Assembly (NCBI GenBank): GCA_963723515.1
Contig: CAVRQT010000003.1
Span: 864,001-928,000, forward strand
From: Vulcanimicrobiota bacterium
Lineage (GTDB): Bacteria > Vulcanimicrobiota > Vulcanimicrobiia > Vulcanimicrobiales > Vulcanimicrobiaceae
Length of the DNA: 64,000 bases
Direction: 5' to 3'
Numbering within the stretch: position 1 is the stretch's first letter; every line of letters starts with the position of its first letter. A program made the position numbers and the translations under genes. The notes beneath the pieces were generated by a model that worked only from the letters and a program-made list of their open reading frames with translations, ran no database searches and was not told the DNA's origin. Positions 32,761-42,634 of the stretch are shown here, piece by piece.

Positions 32761-32900
32761 GGAGCGAAGATCCTTTCGTTCGGAGGTTCCGGCTCTACCG
32801 TTTTACCCGCCGGCTCGCATGCCTCTCGGGCACGCTATGGAACCAATGACCGATGTGGCTATCCGTTTGTTTGCAGGCCCGCTTGCTCCGAGATTGACCG

Positions 32901-34023
32901 GTGAACCTCAGCATCGACTACCGCACTGAGGCGGCCGCGCTTGATGCCGAAATCCTGGCTACGATCGCCGAGGTGGCAAGAGGCCGACGTTTCAAGGACT
33001 GATGACCCCTTTTGTTCGCTTGCTTTGCGAATTTTTGCGCACCAGCTGCGCTATAATGCGCCGTATGCACGATTCTGCGCATCGCTAGGAGTGACGCCGG
33101 AAACATTGCCGGCTGGGTGGCAAGAGATTCCGGCCGTGCCGGTCAGCGCATTCAAAGATGCGACTCTTGCAACCTTTCCTCCGCAGAACGCCGATTTGCA
33201 GTTTGAGACGAGCGGTACGACCGTGGGGCGAACGGGGCCAGCATTTGATGGAAAACGCCGCGCTCTATCGTGCGTCACTCTTAGCCGGATTCGATCGCGC
33301 GATTCTTTCACAGGGTTCGGATTTACGCTATCTCAACATGTTGCCACGCTGGCGCGATAAACCGCAGTCATCGCTTTCGTACATGATGGAAGTCGTTACG
33401 CGAGAGCGCGGTGACGGCCGCGATGGCTGGTATGTCGATGACCAGGTTCCTGCGGTCGACGCGTTTATCAAAGATGTGCGATGCGCGATCGGCGGAAGCG
33501 GCCGCCGTTTGTATCACCGGCACCGCATTCATGCTGGTGATTCTTCTCGATGAGTTGCAGGCGCGAAAGGAGCGCTTTGAGCTGCCGCCTCGATCCCGCA
33601 TCATAGAGACCGGCGGCTTCAAAGGCCGCGCGAAGAGAAATCGAGCGCAGCGAATTTTACCGTCTTCTCGCAGATCGCTTCGGCATCGAAATCCAAGCCA
33701 TTATTGCGGAATACGGCATGACCGAGTTGACGAGCCAGTATTATGACTCGATCGAAAGCCGTCGGGACGCCGAACGCGTAAAAGTCTCGCCTCCATGGTT
33801 ACGCTGGCGTATCGTTGATCCACGCGGTCGCGATGTCACCGCTGGAGCGAAAGGAACGCTCGTCCACGTTGACCTCGCAAATCGCAGCTCCGCAATCGCG
33901 ATCGCGACCGACGACGTAGCGTACCAGAGCGGTGGCGGTTTTGTGATGTGCGGCCGCTCGAGCGACGCCGAGTTGCGCGGGTGCTCGCTGGACGCCGAGG
34001 AGTTATGGTCGAGCGTCCGCTGA
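32901..34023 (+). CDS. LuxE-like acyl-protein synthetase (several frameshifts)
   Basis: Fragments in order: AHQ...N..Y.RFC, IPAVP..AFK, FETSGTT, SSLSYM, ETGGFKGR, EYGMTELTSQYY, DLAN, ATDD, GR...AE.RGCS. Confidence 0.85.
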
Positions 34024-35238
34024 TCCGCGGCGCGCTGCGCCAGCTTCCCGCGACTGCGATTATCGAAGCGCTCGCTGCAAGCGCCCAAACGTGGGCCGAT
34101 CCGAGCTATCCGCCCCGCCGGCAATGCGCTCGGGCGATCGAAGCGAGAACCGGGTACTCGGCACCGGTCGTGCGATTTGCGCTCGATCAACTCTTTGCAT
34201 CGATCACCCGCCATTCATTAACGGCGACGATCTGCGCCGAAATTGGGAGCATCGATGCGCTCGATCGATTTGTCGCGCGCGACGGCCGCCCGGATGGCTT
34301 TGCAAAGGCCGTCGGCGAGGTATGCGTCATCGCGAGCCGGACGACGGTCGGCGTCGCGCTCCTGCCCGCACTCTATGCGCTCTGCGCAAAATGCGACGTC
34401 ACCGTCAAAGATCGTGAAGACAATCTTATCGCCGCATTCTTCCGCACATTGGAAGAGCATGATAAGTCGTTCGGGCATGCGGCGCACGCCGAAGCCTTCA
34501 GCTCGCATGACGTGCAGCCGGATTTTCTCCGCCGATTTTCGTGCGTCGTTGCTTTCGGCAACGATGACACGCTGGCTCACCTTCGCAATGCCTGCAATGC
34601 CGATGCACGCTTTGTCGGTTTTGGCTCGAGAGCCAGCGCGGGTTATATCTCGTCGGATGCGGCGCGATCTGGAACGCTGGATCAGCTGCTCGAGAACGCG
34701 GCGCTCGATGCGGTGCTCTACGAAACGGAAGGCTGCATGTCGCTGCACATGCTCCTTGTCGAAGGTGCTGACAACGCTAAGAAGTGTCGCGCAGCGCTTT
34801 GCGGCGGCCCTGAAAAACGCCGGTGAACTGTTCCCGCGCGGTGCGAAGGACGCTTTTGGTGAAGCGCGCTTCTTAGCCGCCCGCAACGCAGCTGCGTTTC
34901 GCGCATCGCTGGGTCAAGGCGCGGTTTTTGCGGGCGATGATTACGTCGTCATTTTGGATCCGCCGGCCGAACAGCCTCCGCCCTTCGCACCGCGATGCAT
35001 TCCCGTGATTGCGGTGGATGAACCGGGCGACGCGTTGCGCCGTTTCACGGACCACGGCATCGCACTCGAAGCGTTTGCGCTCTCCGACGAGCGGCCCGAT
35101 ATCGTGCAGATGGCACTCGAATCAGGTGCGGTTCGTCTCACGCGCTTCGGCGAGCTGCAAAAACCTTCACCGGCCGGCAATCATGGTGGCCGAGGCAGAA
35201 TCACAGATTTTATTCGCTGGATCGACCGCGAATTATGA
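34005..35238 (+). CDS. LuxC-like acyl-CoA/acyl-protein reductase (frameshift near 34783)
   Basis: VAFG.D.T, GFG.R.S, A.D..LYE..GCMS.H (catalytic Cys), G..R....G..Q.P....HGG; GAGGAG Shine-Dalgarno. Confidence 0.82.
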
Positions 35239-36515
35239 GCCCTGCATCTCCGGGACTGAAGTCGCAGCGGCTTGCAGCGCTGCTCGAGCGATACGGGTCT
35301 CGCGGCGCCCATGTCGCCACGCATTCGCCGATTTTCTGGGAGTCAGCGGAGGATGCGCGCATCATCGACGTTGATGGCAATGCCTACCTCGATCTGTGCG
35401 CGGCGTTCGGCGTCGCCGCGCTTGGGCATTCGAATCCGAACGTTGCAAGGGCTATCGGCGATCAGGCTGCTCGGCTGATGCACGCGATGGGCGATCTCTA
35501 TCCGGCCGGCCTGCTCGGGCAGTTGCTCGAAAAATTGGCTGAGATTTCGCCGGGCGACCTTTCAAAGAGCTTGCTCTGTTCGACAGGCACCGAAGCGGTG
35601 GAAGCGGCGCTCAAAACCGCGCTCCTATATAATGGAAGGCCTGGGATCATCGCCTTCAACGGCGCCTACCACGGCCTCTCGCTGGGCGCGCTCGAGGTTT
35701 GCGGGCTGCCCTTCTTTCGCAAGCCGTTCGAGCCGGCGTTAACGCATCGCGGCATCTTCTTCGATTATCCGCGCGCAGGTGGTCAATCAGCGGTGGATCG
35801 CACGATGACCGCGATTCGAGAGAAATTGCGGGACGATCGCGCGGTTGGCGCGCTGATCGTCGAGCCGATCCAAGGCCGCGGCGGCATCGTTCTGCCGCCG
35901 GACGGCTTCTTGCGGGCCCTGAGAGCGCTCTGCGACGAAGAGGGCGTCGTCCTGATCTTCGATGAGATCTACACCGGCTTGGGACGGACCGGCGCGTTCT
36001 TCGCCGCCCAACACGAGCAAGTCGTTCCCGATATCATGTGCGTCGGAAAAGCGCTCGGCAATGGATTTCCAATTTCAGCGGCAATTGCAAAGCCGCAGAT
36101 CATGGATGCATGGCCGGCGGCAGGCAGCGAAGCGCTGCACACTTCCACATTTCTCGGAAACCCGATGGGATGCGCGGCCGCTTTAGCAACAATTGATCAA
36201 CTCCAACGTCGTCGGCTTCCCGAACGGGCGCGCGAACTTGGCGAACGCGTCCAACACCGGCTCGAAACGCTACGCGGTAAGGATAGCGTTGTTGACGTTC
36301 GCGGGCGCGGACTCTTTTGGGGCGTGGAGATGCGCGATGTCCAGACCGCGCAAGCAATCGTCCAAGACGCTTTACGGCACAAGTTGATGGCCTTCGCCGA
36401 AGGCGCGGTCATCGCGATCATGCCGCCTTTAACGATTTCCGAGGAACGGCTCGATCAGGGGCTCGACATCTTAACGTCCGTGATCGCGGATTACGCCGTG
36501 ACGGGCACGCGATAG
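35235..36515 (+). CDS. class III PLP-dependent aminotransferase
   Basis: DVDGN.YLD, GTEAVEAALK, YHG, IVEPIQG, LIFDEIYTG.GRTG, GKALG.G, HTSTF.GNP, VRGRGL. Confidence 0.95.
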   Translation: MSPASPGLKSQRLAALLERYGSRGAHVATHSPIFWESAEDARIIDVDGNAYLDLCAAFGVAALGHSNPNVARAIGDQAARLMHAMGDLYPAGLLGQLLEKLAEISPGDLSKSLLCSTGTEAVEAALKTALLYNGRPGIIAFNGAYHGLSLGALEVCGLPFFRKPFEPALTHRGIFFDYPRAGGQSAVDRTMTAIREKLRDDRAVGALIVEPIQGRGGIVLPPDGFLRALRALCDEEGVVLIFDEIYTGLGRTGAFFAAQHEQVVPDIMCVGKALGNGFPISAAIAKPQIMDAWPAAGSEALHTSTFLGNPMGCAAALATIDQLQRRRLPERARELGERVQHRLETLRGKDSVVDVRGRGLFWGVEMRDVQTAQAIVQDALRHKLMAFAEGAVIAIMPPLTISEERLDQGLDILTSVIADYAVTGTR

Positions 36516-37539
36516 TGCTTTACAAAGTTGGCGTCGCCGGTGCCGGCTTCGGCGAGAAGGCGCACATCGCGGCGTACCAAGCGCATCCGGCGTTCGAAGT
36601 GGTCGCCGTTGCCTCGCCGCACTCGGCTCCACGCGTTGCGCGCGAACGGAACCTCAAGCACGCGTTCAAGAGCGTCGCTGAAATGCTCGAGCACGCCGAG
36701 CTCGACGTCGTCTCGATCGCCTCTCCTCCGTTTGCGCACCATGAAGATGTTCTCGCCGCGCTCGCCGCAAAAAAGCATGTCATTTGCGAGAAACCGTTCA
36801 CGCTGAGCGTCGCGCAAGCTGAAGAACTGACGAGCGCCGCAAGAAAAGCGGGAACGGCTTGCGGCATCATGCATGAGTTTCGGTGGGTGCCGCAGCGCCT
36901 TGCGATGCGTGAACTGATCGCGAACCGCCATCTGAGCCCGCTGCGTGAACTCGAAGTGACGCAGTTGAGCAGCAATCTGCGCGCCTCGGGCGACCGCAAG
37001 CGAAGTTGGTGGTTTCAGAAATCAAAAGGCGGCGGCCTCGCCGGTGCATTGCTATCCCATTTGATCGAACGGCGAATTGGCTCGTTGGGCAGCATCCTGT
37101 CCGCAGCACCGGCTATTTGAGGACCGCCAACGCTCGCCGGCACGATGCCGAGGGCCAGTTCACGAGTACCGTCGATGATGGGGCGTTCGCGATAATCGAC
37201 TATGGCGAAGGCTTGATCGGACGATTAACTGCAGACGGCACGTGCGCCGTTGACTCGTTTACGCTTGCCGCTCACGCGGAGAATCGAACCGTCGTCGCGA
37301 GCGGCCCCGGCATGGTCGAGAATCGCCTCTTCGCGGTCGACGCCGATGAAACGTCGGAGCTGGAGTGCACTCCAATGAAATACGCGCGCTTCGAATCGGT
37401 GCATCCAAACGTTCCACTCATTATGGAGCTGCTCGACGAGCTCGTCAAAGAGATTGAGAGCGGCAACAGCGCGCTGCCGACATTCGAGGATGGGCTTCAT
37501 ACGCAGCGCGTCCTCGAGTCGATCGGTTATCGCGCATAA
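36515..37539 (+). CDS. Gfo/Idh/MocA-family oxidoreductase (frameshift near 37065)
   Basis: VGVAGAGFG, DVV.IASPP..H, KHVICEKP, GGG.....SH..D, PTFEDG. Confidence 0.9.
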
Positions 37540-38774
37540 AATGTTGTCCAGAGCAGGCCCAGCGCTGCAACCGTAGCGCGCGATTGGATCAGTTCGCGCG
37601 AACCGCGCAGCAGCAGGCGCTGCGTCCGAACATCATCACCGCTCGCGATGCCAAGCCACACAAGACCAACCGGTTTCTCCGGCGTGCCGCCTTGCGGCCC
37701 GGCGATGCCCGTCGTTGCGATGCCGACATCCGCGCGCAAACGCAGGCGAACGCCGCGCGCCATTGCGCGGGCAACTTCAGCGCTGACCGCCCCAAATTCA
37801 GTCAACAACGACTCCGGCACATCTAATGCCTCCGCTTTGACCGCATCGGCGTAGGAAACAATACCGCCCAAGAACATCTGTGATGCGTTGGGGACACTTG
37901 TAACGCGCGCCGCGATGCGCCCGCCCGTGCACGATTCTGCAGCCGCTAGCGTCCGACGATCCGCGATGAAGCGCTTGACGAGAACTCCTTCGAGCGTCTC
38001 ATCATCCGTGCCGAAAATGTGACCGCCGAGACGTGTAACAATCGTCTGTTCGAGTGGCGCAATCGACCTTTGTGCACCGGAATCATCCGCCGCTTTCGCC
38101 GTGAGTTTGACGTCGCATCGAAAGTCGTGCGCCAGCACCGCGATCTTTGGATTCTCTTGCGACGCGAAGAGATCGCCGATGCGATGATCGATTTCAGACT
38201 CCGCGATTCCAATCGTGTGCAGTACGCGCGTCGTTATGCGGCTATGCAACGCAAAACGGGTCCGCAGCCAGGGAACGAGATGCTCGTCGAGCATCGGCAT
38301 CATCTCGTGCGGCACGCCCGGCATTGCCGCGACGAACTTTCCTTCCTTTGAAAAGGCGATAAAGCCGGCAGCCGTCCCATTCGGATTTGCAAGCGTCGTG
38401 GATCCGCGCGGAAGCAGCGCCTGTTTGCGATTGTTCTCACGCATCACTCGGCCCGAGCCCGCGAACACTCGCTCGATCTGACGAAGCGCGTCGTCGTTGA
38501 GTTCCATGTCGAGCTCAAGGGCATCACAAATCGCTTCCTTTGTCAGATCGTCGGTCGTCGGACCGAGGCCGCCCGAGGTGATGACGCCGTCGGCCCGAGC
38601 GAGCGCGTCTTCGATCGCCTTGCGGATCCGCGCGCGATTGTCGCCCACGGCGTGCGTCGCATAGACGTCCACGCCGTTCGATGCGAGCGCTCGGGCGATA
38701 TAGCCGGTATTCGTGTCGGTTAGCTGACCTAAGAGCAGCTCCGTGCCGACGGCAATGATTTCACATTGCGGCAT
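37527..38774 (-). CDS. cinA: competence/damage-inducible protein CinA (MoCF domain + NMN deamidase)
   Basis: VGTELLLG...DTN, GGLGPT.DD.T, AESCTGG, GAVS, TGIAGP.GG...KPVG. Confidence 0.95.
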   Translation of the reverse strand: MPQCEIIAVGTELLLGQLTDTNTGYIARALASNGVDVYATHAVGDNRARIRKAIEDALARADGVITSGGLGPTTDDLTKEAICDALELDMELNDDALRQIERVFAGSGRVMRENNRKQALLPRGSTTLANPNGTAAGFIAFSKEGKFVAAMPGVPHEMMPMLDEHLVPWLRTRFALHSRITTRVLHTIGIAESEIDHRIGDLFASQENPKIAVLAHDFRCDVKLTAKAADDSGAQRSIAPLEQTIVTRLGGHIFGTDDETLEGVLVKRFIADRRTLAAAESCTGGRIAARVTSVPNASQMFLGGIVSYADAVKAEALDVPESLLTEFGAVSAEVARAMARGVRLRLRADVGIATTGIAGPQGGTPEKPVGLVWLGIASGDDVRTQRLLLRGSRELIQSRATVAALGLLWTTFYAR

Positions 38775-38791
38775 CGTGATGCGCCGAAGCG

Positions 38792-39391
38792 CTATTCGAC
38801 GATGTGCGGCCGCTGCGCGCGTTGCTCGTCGTCAAACCATGCGGGATAATGCAAAACGACATCTGCACCAAAACCTCGTGCTGCAGCGATCATCGCCTCT
38901 CGTCGCTTCGCAGATGATTGCGGATACCGTTGGCGATTGCGCTTTTTCAGCGTGGCCTGACACGAAATGAATCGCGCAAAGGTCTCGTCGAGTGCCTTTT
39001 GGATACCGTTGCGTAGCAGTTTTCCGACTCGCGGCGCCAATCCGGCCGTTGAGATCGCAACTCGAACCGGGCCCGCTTGCGCGATCGCCGCCATCGATAC
39101 GAAACCGTGCGCGGGCTGATCGATACAGCACAGCAAGAATCGTTCTTTATCGGCCAACGCACGCAAACGCGCGGAGAGTACGTCGTCTTGCGGCGTAGAG
39201 ATCACAAAGAATGCGCCGGCAAGGCGCCCATCCTCGGCAGCCGCGCCGTCGCGGATGCGCTCGACGTCGGCGCCCGATTCGCGTAAGGCCGCCTCTTTTC
39301 GATCGGCTTCGCTATCGTCGCCGATCACAACGCATCGCCGGCCTTCGAGATTCAAGCTGACCGGAAACGGCACCCGATTACCGTTCTCCAA
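38792..39391 (-). CDS. precorrin-2 dehydrogenase / sirohydrochlorin ferrochelatase-like protein
   Basis: FPV.LNL.GR.CVVIG...A.RK...L...GA, D.P, VAIST.G.AP. Confidence 0.75.
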   Translation of the reverse strand: MENGNRVPFPVSLNLEGRRCVVIGDDSEADRKEAALRESGADVERIRDGAAAEDGRLAGAFFVISTPQDDVLSARLRALADKERFLLCCIDQPAHGFVSMAAIAQAGPVRVAISTAGLAPRVGKLLRNGIQKALDETFARFISCQATLKKRNRQRYPQSSAKRREAMIAAARGFGADVVLHYPAWFDDEQRAQRPHIVE

Positions 39392-40243
39392 CTAAAAATC
39401 CACTGGTCGGAGGTAAAATTCGTTGATGGCGGTGTTCGAGAGCATCGCCGTCGTCGGAAGATGGCGCTTCCAATGTGTTCCTTCGACGCGCTCGCGCACG
39501 AGCTTGATTTCATCCGCGGCAAATCCGCGTTCGCGCAATTGTGCGTCGCCGTAGCCCAGCAGCATTTGGGAAAGAATCGCGTCGGCGCGTGAGTAGGTGA
39601 TTCCCAAATCGCCCTCGTCGGTCTGATTCGCCTCGAGATCCGCACTGGGCGCCTTATCGATCAGCGGCTCCGGCACACCTAAGTAGCGCGCGAGCTCCCA
39701 AACCTGCGTCTTGAAAAGATCGCCTAGTGGATTGAGTGGCGGCGAATCGTCCGCGTGCCACGTGAAATACCCGAGAAGCCGCTCGGTTTTGTTTCCCGTT
39801 CCAACCGGCAGCGCGCGCAATTTCGATGATTGGTCGAAGAGGATCAGCATGCGCATGCGCGCCATCACGTTGCCGCGTCGCCGGCCATCCGCCTCGGGTT
39901 CGAATTGCAAGTAGCCGTCGACCGCAGCGCTGATATCAACCGTCCGGCATTTCAACCCTAAGGCATCGATGACCAGCTGCGCGTCCGTCAGGCTTTGAGG
40001 ACTCGAAGTGCGATACGGCATCCGGATCGCATAGACGTTACGCGACCCCAGAGCGCGCGCGCAAAGATATGCCGTGACCGCTGAATCAACACCTCCGCTA
40101 AGCCCGATGACCGCGCGATCGATGCCGCGCCGCTCGATCAATTCATCTTGCAGAAACGCTTCAAGCCAGCTGGCCGCGACGGGCGCGTTGATCGTCGGCC
40201 CAAGCTCTTGAATCCGCGCGTGCGCTTCAATGACTGGCAGCAT
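39392..40243 (-). CDS. nadE: NAD+ synthetase, synthetase subunit
   Basis: GLSGGVDS, GNVMAR.RM, GTGNKTE, LGDLFKTQV, K.PSADL...QTDE. Confidence 0.95.
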   Translation of the reverse strand: MLPVIEAHARIQELGPTINAPVAASWLEAFLQDELIERRGIDRAVIGLSGGVDSAVTAYLCARALGSRNVYAIRMPYRTSSPQSLTDAQLVIDALGLKCRTVDISAAVDGYLQFEPEADGRRRGNVMARMRMLILFDQSSKLRALPVGTGNKTERLLGYFTWHADDSPPLNPLGDLFKTQVWELARYLGVPEPLIDKAPSADLEANQTDEGDLGITYSRADAILSQMLLGYGDAQLRERGFAADEIKLVRERVEGTHWKRHLPTTAMLSNTAINEFYLRPVDF

Positions 40244-41159
40244 CGATCGCTCGCCGCGGAAGCGGCAATTCCTCATCAAGCAGCAAGTCCGGTAAGGCCG
40301 AGGAGAGATCTCCCAGCAACGGCAAACCGGCGCGCGCGATGTCCACTTCGTCGAGATCGACTTTCGCGCGCAAGATGCACGGCCCAAGCGGAGGCGCCTG
40401 CACGACAACCTTTCCGCGCGGGTCGATGACGCACGATGAACCGGTCATACCTTTGCCGCCTTCAAAACCTGTCAAACCGGCGTAGAAAATGAAGACGCCG
40501 TGTTCGCTCGCGGCATTACTCAATAGAGAGCGCCAAACCGTCAGACTCTCCAATTCATTGTTTTCATGGGCCTCGACGCCGCGACCGGGCGCCGCGCTTG
40601 GAACGATCAAACAGCGCGCCCCTTTGATGGCAGCGATCGTCGGCATGATGCTGTGCCAAATGTCTTCGCAGATCAGCAACGCCATCGGACCGAAACGTGT
40701 TTGGAAAACGCCGAGGCGCCGCCCACGCGAGAGAAACCGTTCTTCATCGAAGACGCCGTACGTCGGCAAGAACATCTTTCGATGCACGTGCAAGATGTGA
40801 TGCCTTTGCGCATCGACCTGCGTGTAGAGGGCGCTGTTGTAATACGTCCCCGAATCATTCTCATAGAATCCGGCGGCAATGTCGACCGCGGCTTTCGAAC
40901 CGGCCTTCTTCCATGCATCGGCCAAATCGCCGGCGACCGCATCAGCGCTGCGGGCCAGATCGAAAACCGCACCTTCGAGAAAGTAACCGGAAAGCGCCGC
41001 CTCCGGCAGCACGATCAAATCGGGCGCGTCGGCGGCGAGCTGCCTGAACACTTCTCGAACATCCGCGAGATTTCGTTCGTAGTCGCCCTTGTGGGGTTTG
41101 AGCTGAACGATGGCCACATCGCACTGCCGCGATGCGCCGGGCACGCGATCAGCCGGCAC
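40227..41159 (-). CDS. nitrilase-fold carbon-nitrogen hydrolase, probable glutaminase subunit of NAD synthetase
   Basis: E-K-C triad: LPEA.LSGY, HRK.FLPTYGVFDE.R, LICEDIW; overlaps nadE. Confidence 0.88.
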   Translation of the reverse strand: MPADRVPGASRQCDVAIVQLKPHKGDYERNLADVREVFRQLAADAPDLIVLPEAALSGYFLEGAVFDLARSADAVAGDLADAWKKAGSKAAVDIAAGFYENDSGTYYNSALYTQVDAQRHHILHVHRKMFLPTYGVFDEERFLSRGRRLGVFQTRFGPMALLICEDIWHSIMPTIAAIKGARCLIVPSAAPGRGVEAHENNELESLTVWRSLLSNAASEHGVFIFYAGLTGFEGGKGMTGSSCVIDPRGKVVVQAPPLGPCILRAKVDLDEVDIARAGLPLLGDLSSALPDLLLDEELPLPRRAIDAASH

Positions 41160-42573
41160 TTTGCGCGCGCAGCGGATTCTCTTCGACCTGAACTGCCGTC
41201 ATTTTTTCGGCAATCTCTTCGGCTGGATAGAGCCAAATCTCGGCCATCGTCGGATGCAGGTGCGGAATTTTCATGAACTCAAAGACCGTTGCCGAGTAGT
41301 TCATCGCTACGATCATTTCATGGATGAGATCGGAGCCATGCGGACCGAGAACGGAGGCGCCGAGTATGCGGCCGCTGTCCGCCGCGGCGAGCATCTTGAC
41401 GAACCCTTTGGTCTTATTGATACAAATCGCCTTACCGTGTTCGGCGAAATCGTATACTCCCTTGATATACGAGACGCCCGTCGATTGCAGATCCCGCTCG
41501 GTATCGCCGACGACGGCGACTTGCGGATCGCTAAAGACCGTGTGCGTTTTCACGAGATGGTAGTTCGCGGGCTCGGCCGCATTGAGAACAGCATTGCGCG
41601 CGGCAAGTTCGCCCTGATAGATCGCGACGTGGACGAGCAAAAACCGACCCGTCGCATCACCGACTCCGAAGATGTGCGGGTTCGACGTTCGTAACGACTG
41701 GTCGACTTCCACACCGGTCTTCGGATGGGCGCGTACTCCCGCAACGTTCAATTCGAGGCCGGCGATATCTGGGACGCGTCCGAGTGCATAGAAGATCTCC
41801 GCGGCCTCGATCTCTTCGCCGCCCCCATGATGCACGACGTGTGCCACTTTCTTGCCATCTCGCGAAGAGACGCGTTCGATTAAAGTCTCTGTGCGTACGT
41901 CGATTCCCTCATCGCGAAAGTAGTCAGTCAAAGCGTAGCCAACATCATGATCTTCACTCGAAAGCAAGTGCGGGCTGCGCAAGATGATCGTTGTCTTGAC
42001 ACCGAGCCGCGCGAAGAACTGCCCTAATTCGGTACCGACGTATCCGCCGCCCAAGACGAGGATCGATTCGGGCAATCGATGCAGCTCGAGCGCCATGTCA
42101 CTGTCGATGTAGCCCGTTTCTTGCAGTCCCGGCAGAACAGCCGGCGTCACCACGCTGCCTGTCGCGATGATGAATTTCTGCGCCTCGAGCGTCGCATGGT
42201 CTCCAACTTGAAGCTTCGTCGGCGAAACGAACCGGGCGCGACCCTCGTACAGCGGAAATTCGCGGATCCCATCGATGCGATATTGCGCGAAGCCGGCGAT
42301 AATGTCGCGCTTGCGACGCATGATGTGCGGAAAGTCGATCTCGATCGAACCAACGTCGATGCCAAGTTCGGAAGCGTCGCGCACATCTTGCATGGTATCG
42401 CTGCTGGCGATCAGCGTCTTCGAGGGCATGCAGCCACGCAAGATGCAAAGACCGCCGAGGGGTCCGTGATCGACGAGCGCGACATCCGCACCCAATGCGC
42501 GCGCGGTTCGCGCCGCCGCGAATCCGCCCGATCCGGCGCCGACGATAACGATGTCATGTCGCGCATCAATCAT
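41149..42573 (-). CDS. dihydrolipoamide dehydrogenase-family pyridine nucleotide-disulfide oxidoreductase
   Basis: GAGSGG, GGLCILRGCMPSK, GGGYVG.E, GD, C-terminal HPTMAE. Confidence 0.9.
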   Translation of the reverse strand: MIDARHDIVIVGAGSGGFAAARTARALGADVALVDHGPLGGLCILRGCMPSKTLIASSDTMQDVRDASELGIDVGSIEIDFPHIMRRKRDIIAGFAQYRIDGIREFPLYEGRARFVSPTKLQVGDHATLEAQKFIIATGSVVTPAVLPGLQETGYIDSDMALELHRLPESILVLGGGYVGTELGQFFARLGVKTTIILRSPHLLSSEDHDVGYALTDYFRDEGIDVRTETLIERVSSRDGKKVAHVVHHGGGEEIEAAEIFYALGRVPDIAGLELNVAGVRAHPKTGVEVDQSLRTSNPHIFGVGDATGRFLLVHVAIYQGELAARNAVLNAAEPANYHLVKTHTVFSDPQVAVVGDTERDLQSTGVSYIKGVYDFAEHGKAICINKTKGFVKMLAAADSGRILGASVLGPHGSDLIHEMIVAMNYSATVFEFMKIPHLHPTMAEIWLYPAEEIAEKMTAVQVEENPLRAQSAG

Positions 42574-42634
42574 TCTTCTTACGTTTGCTGGCTACAAGGG
42601 AGCGAGGGGTTTTCCTTTTAACTTTGCTTCTCTC

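Noticed and set aside
32901..35238. Bioluminescence (lux) operon
   Set aside because: No luxA, luxB, luxD or luxG in the window; the partners are an aminotransferase and an oxidoreductase.
41149..42573. Mercuric reductase MerA
   Set aside because: No C-terminal Cys-Cys pair, no N-terminal HMA domain, no mer genes; the HPT..E motif fits the lipoamide dehydrogenase-like group.
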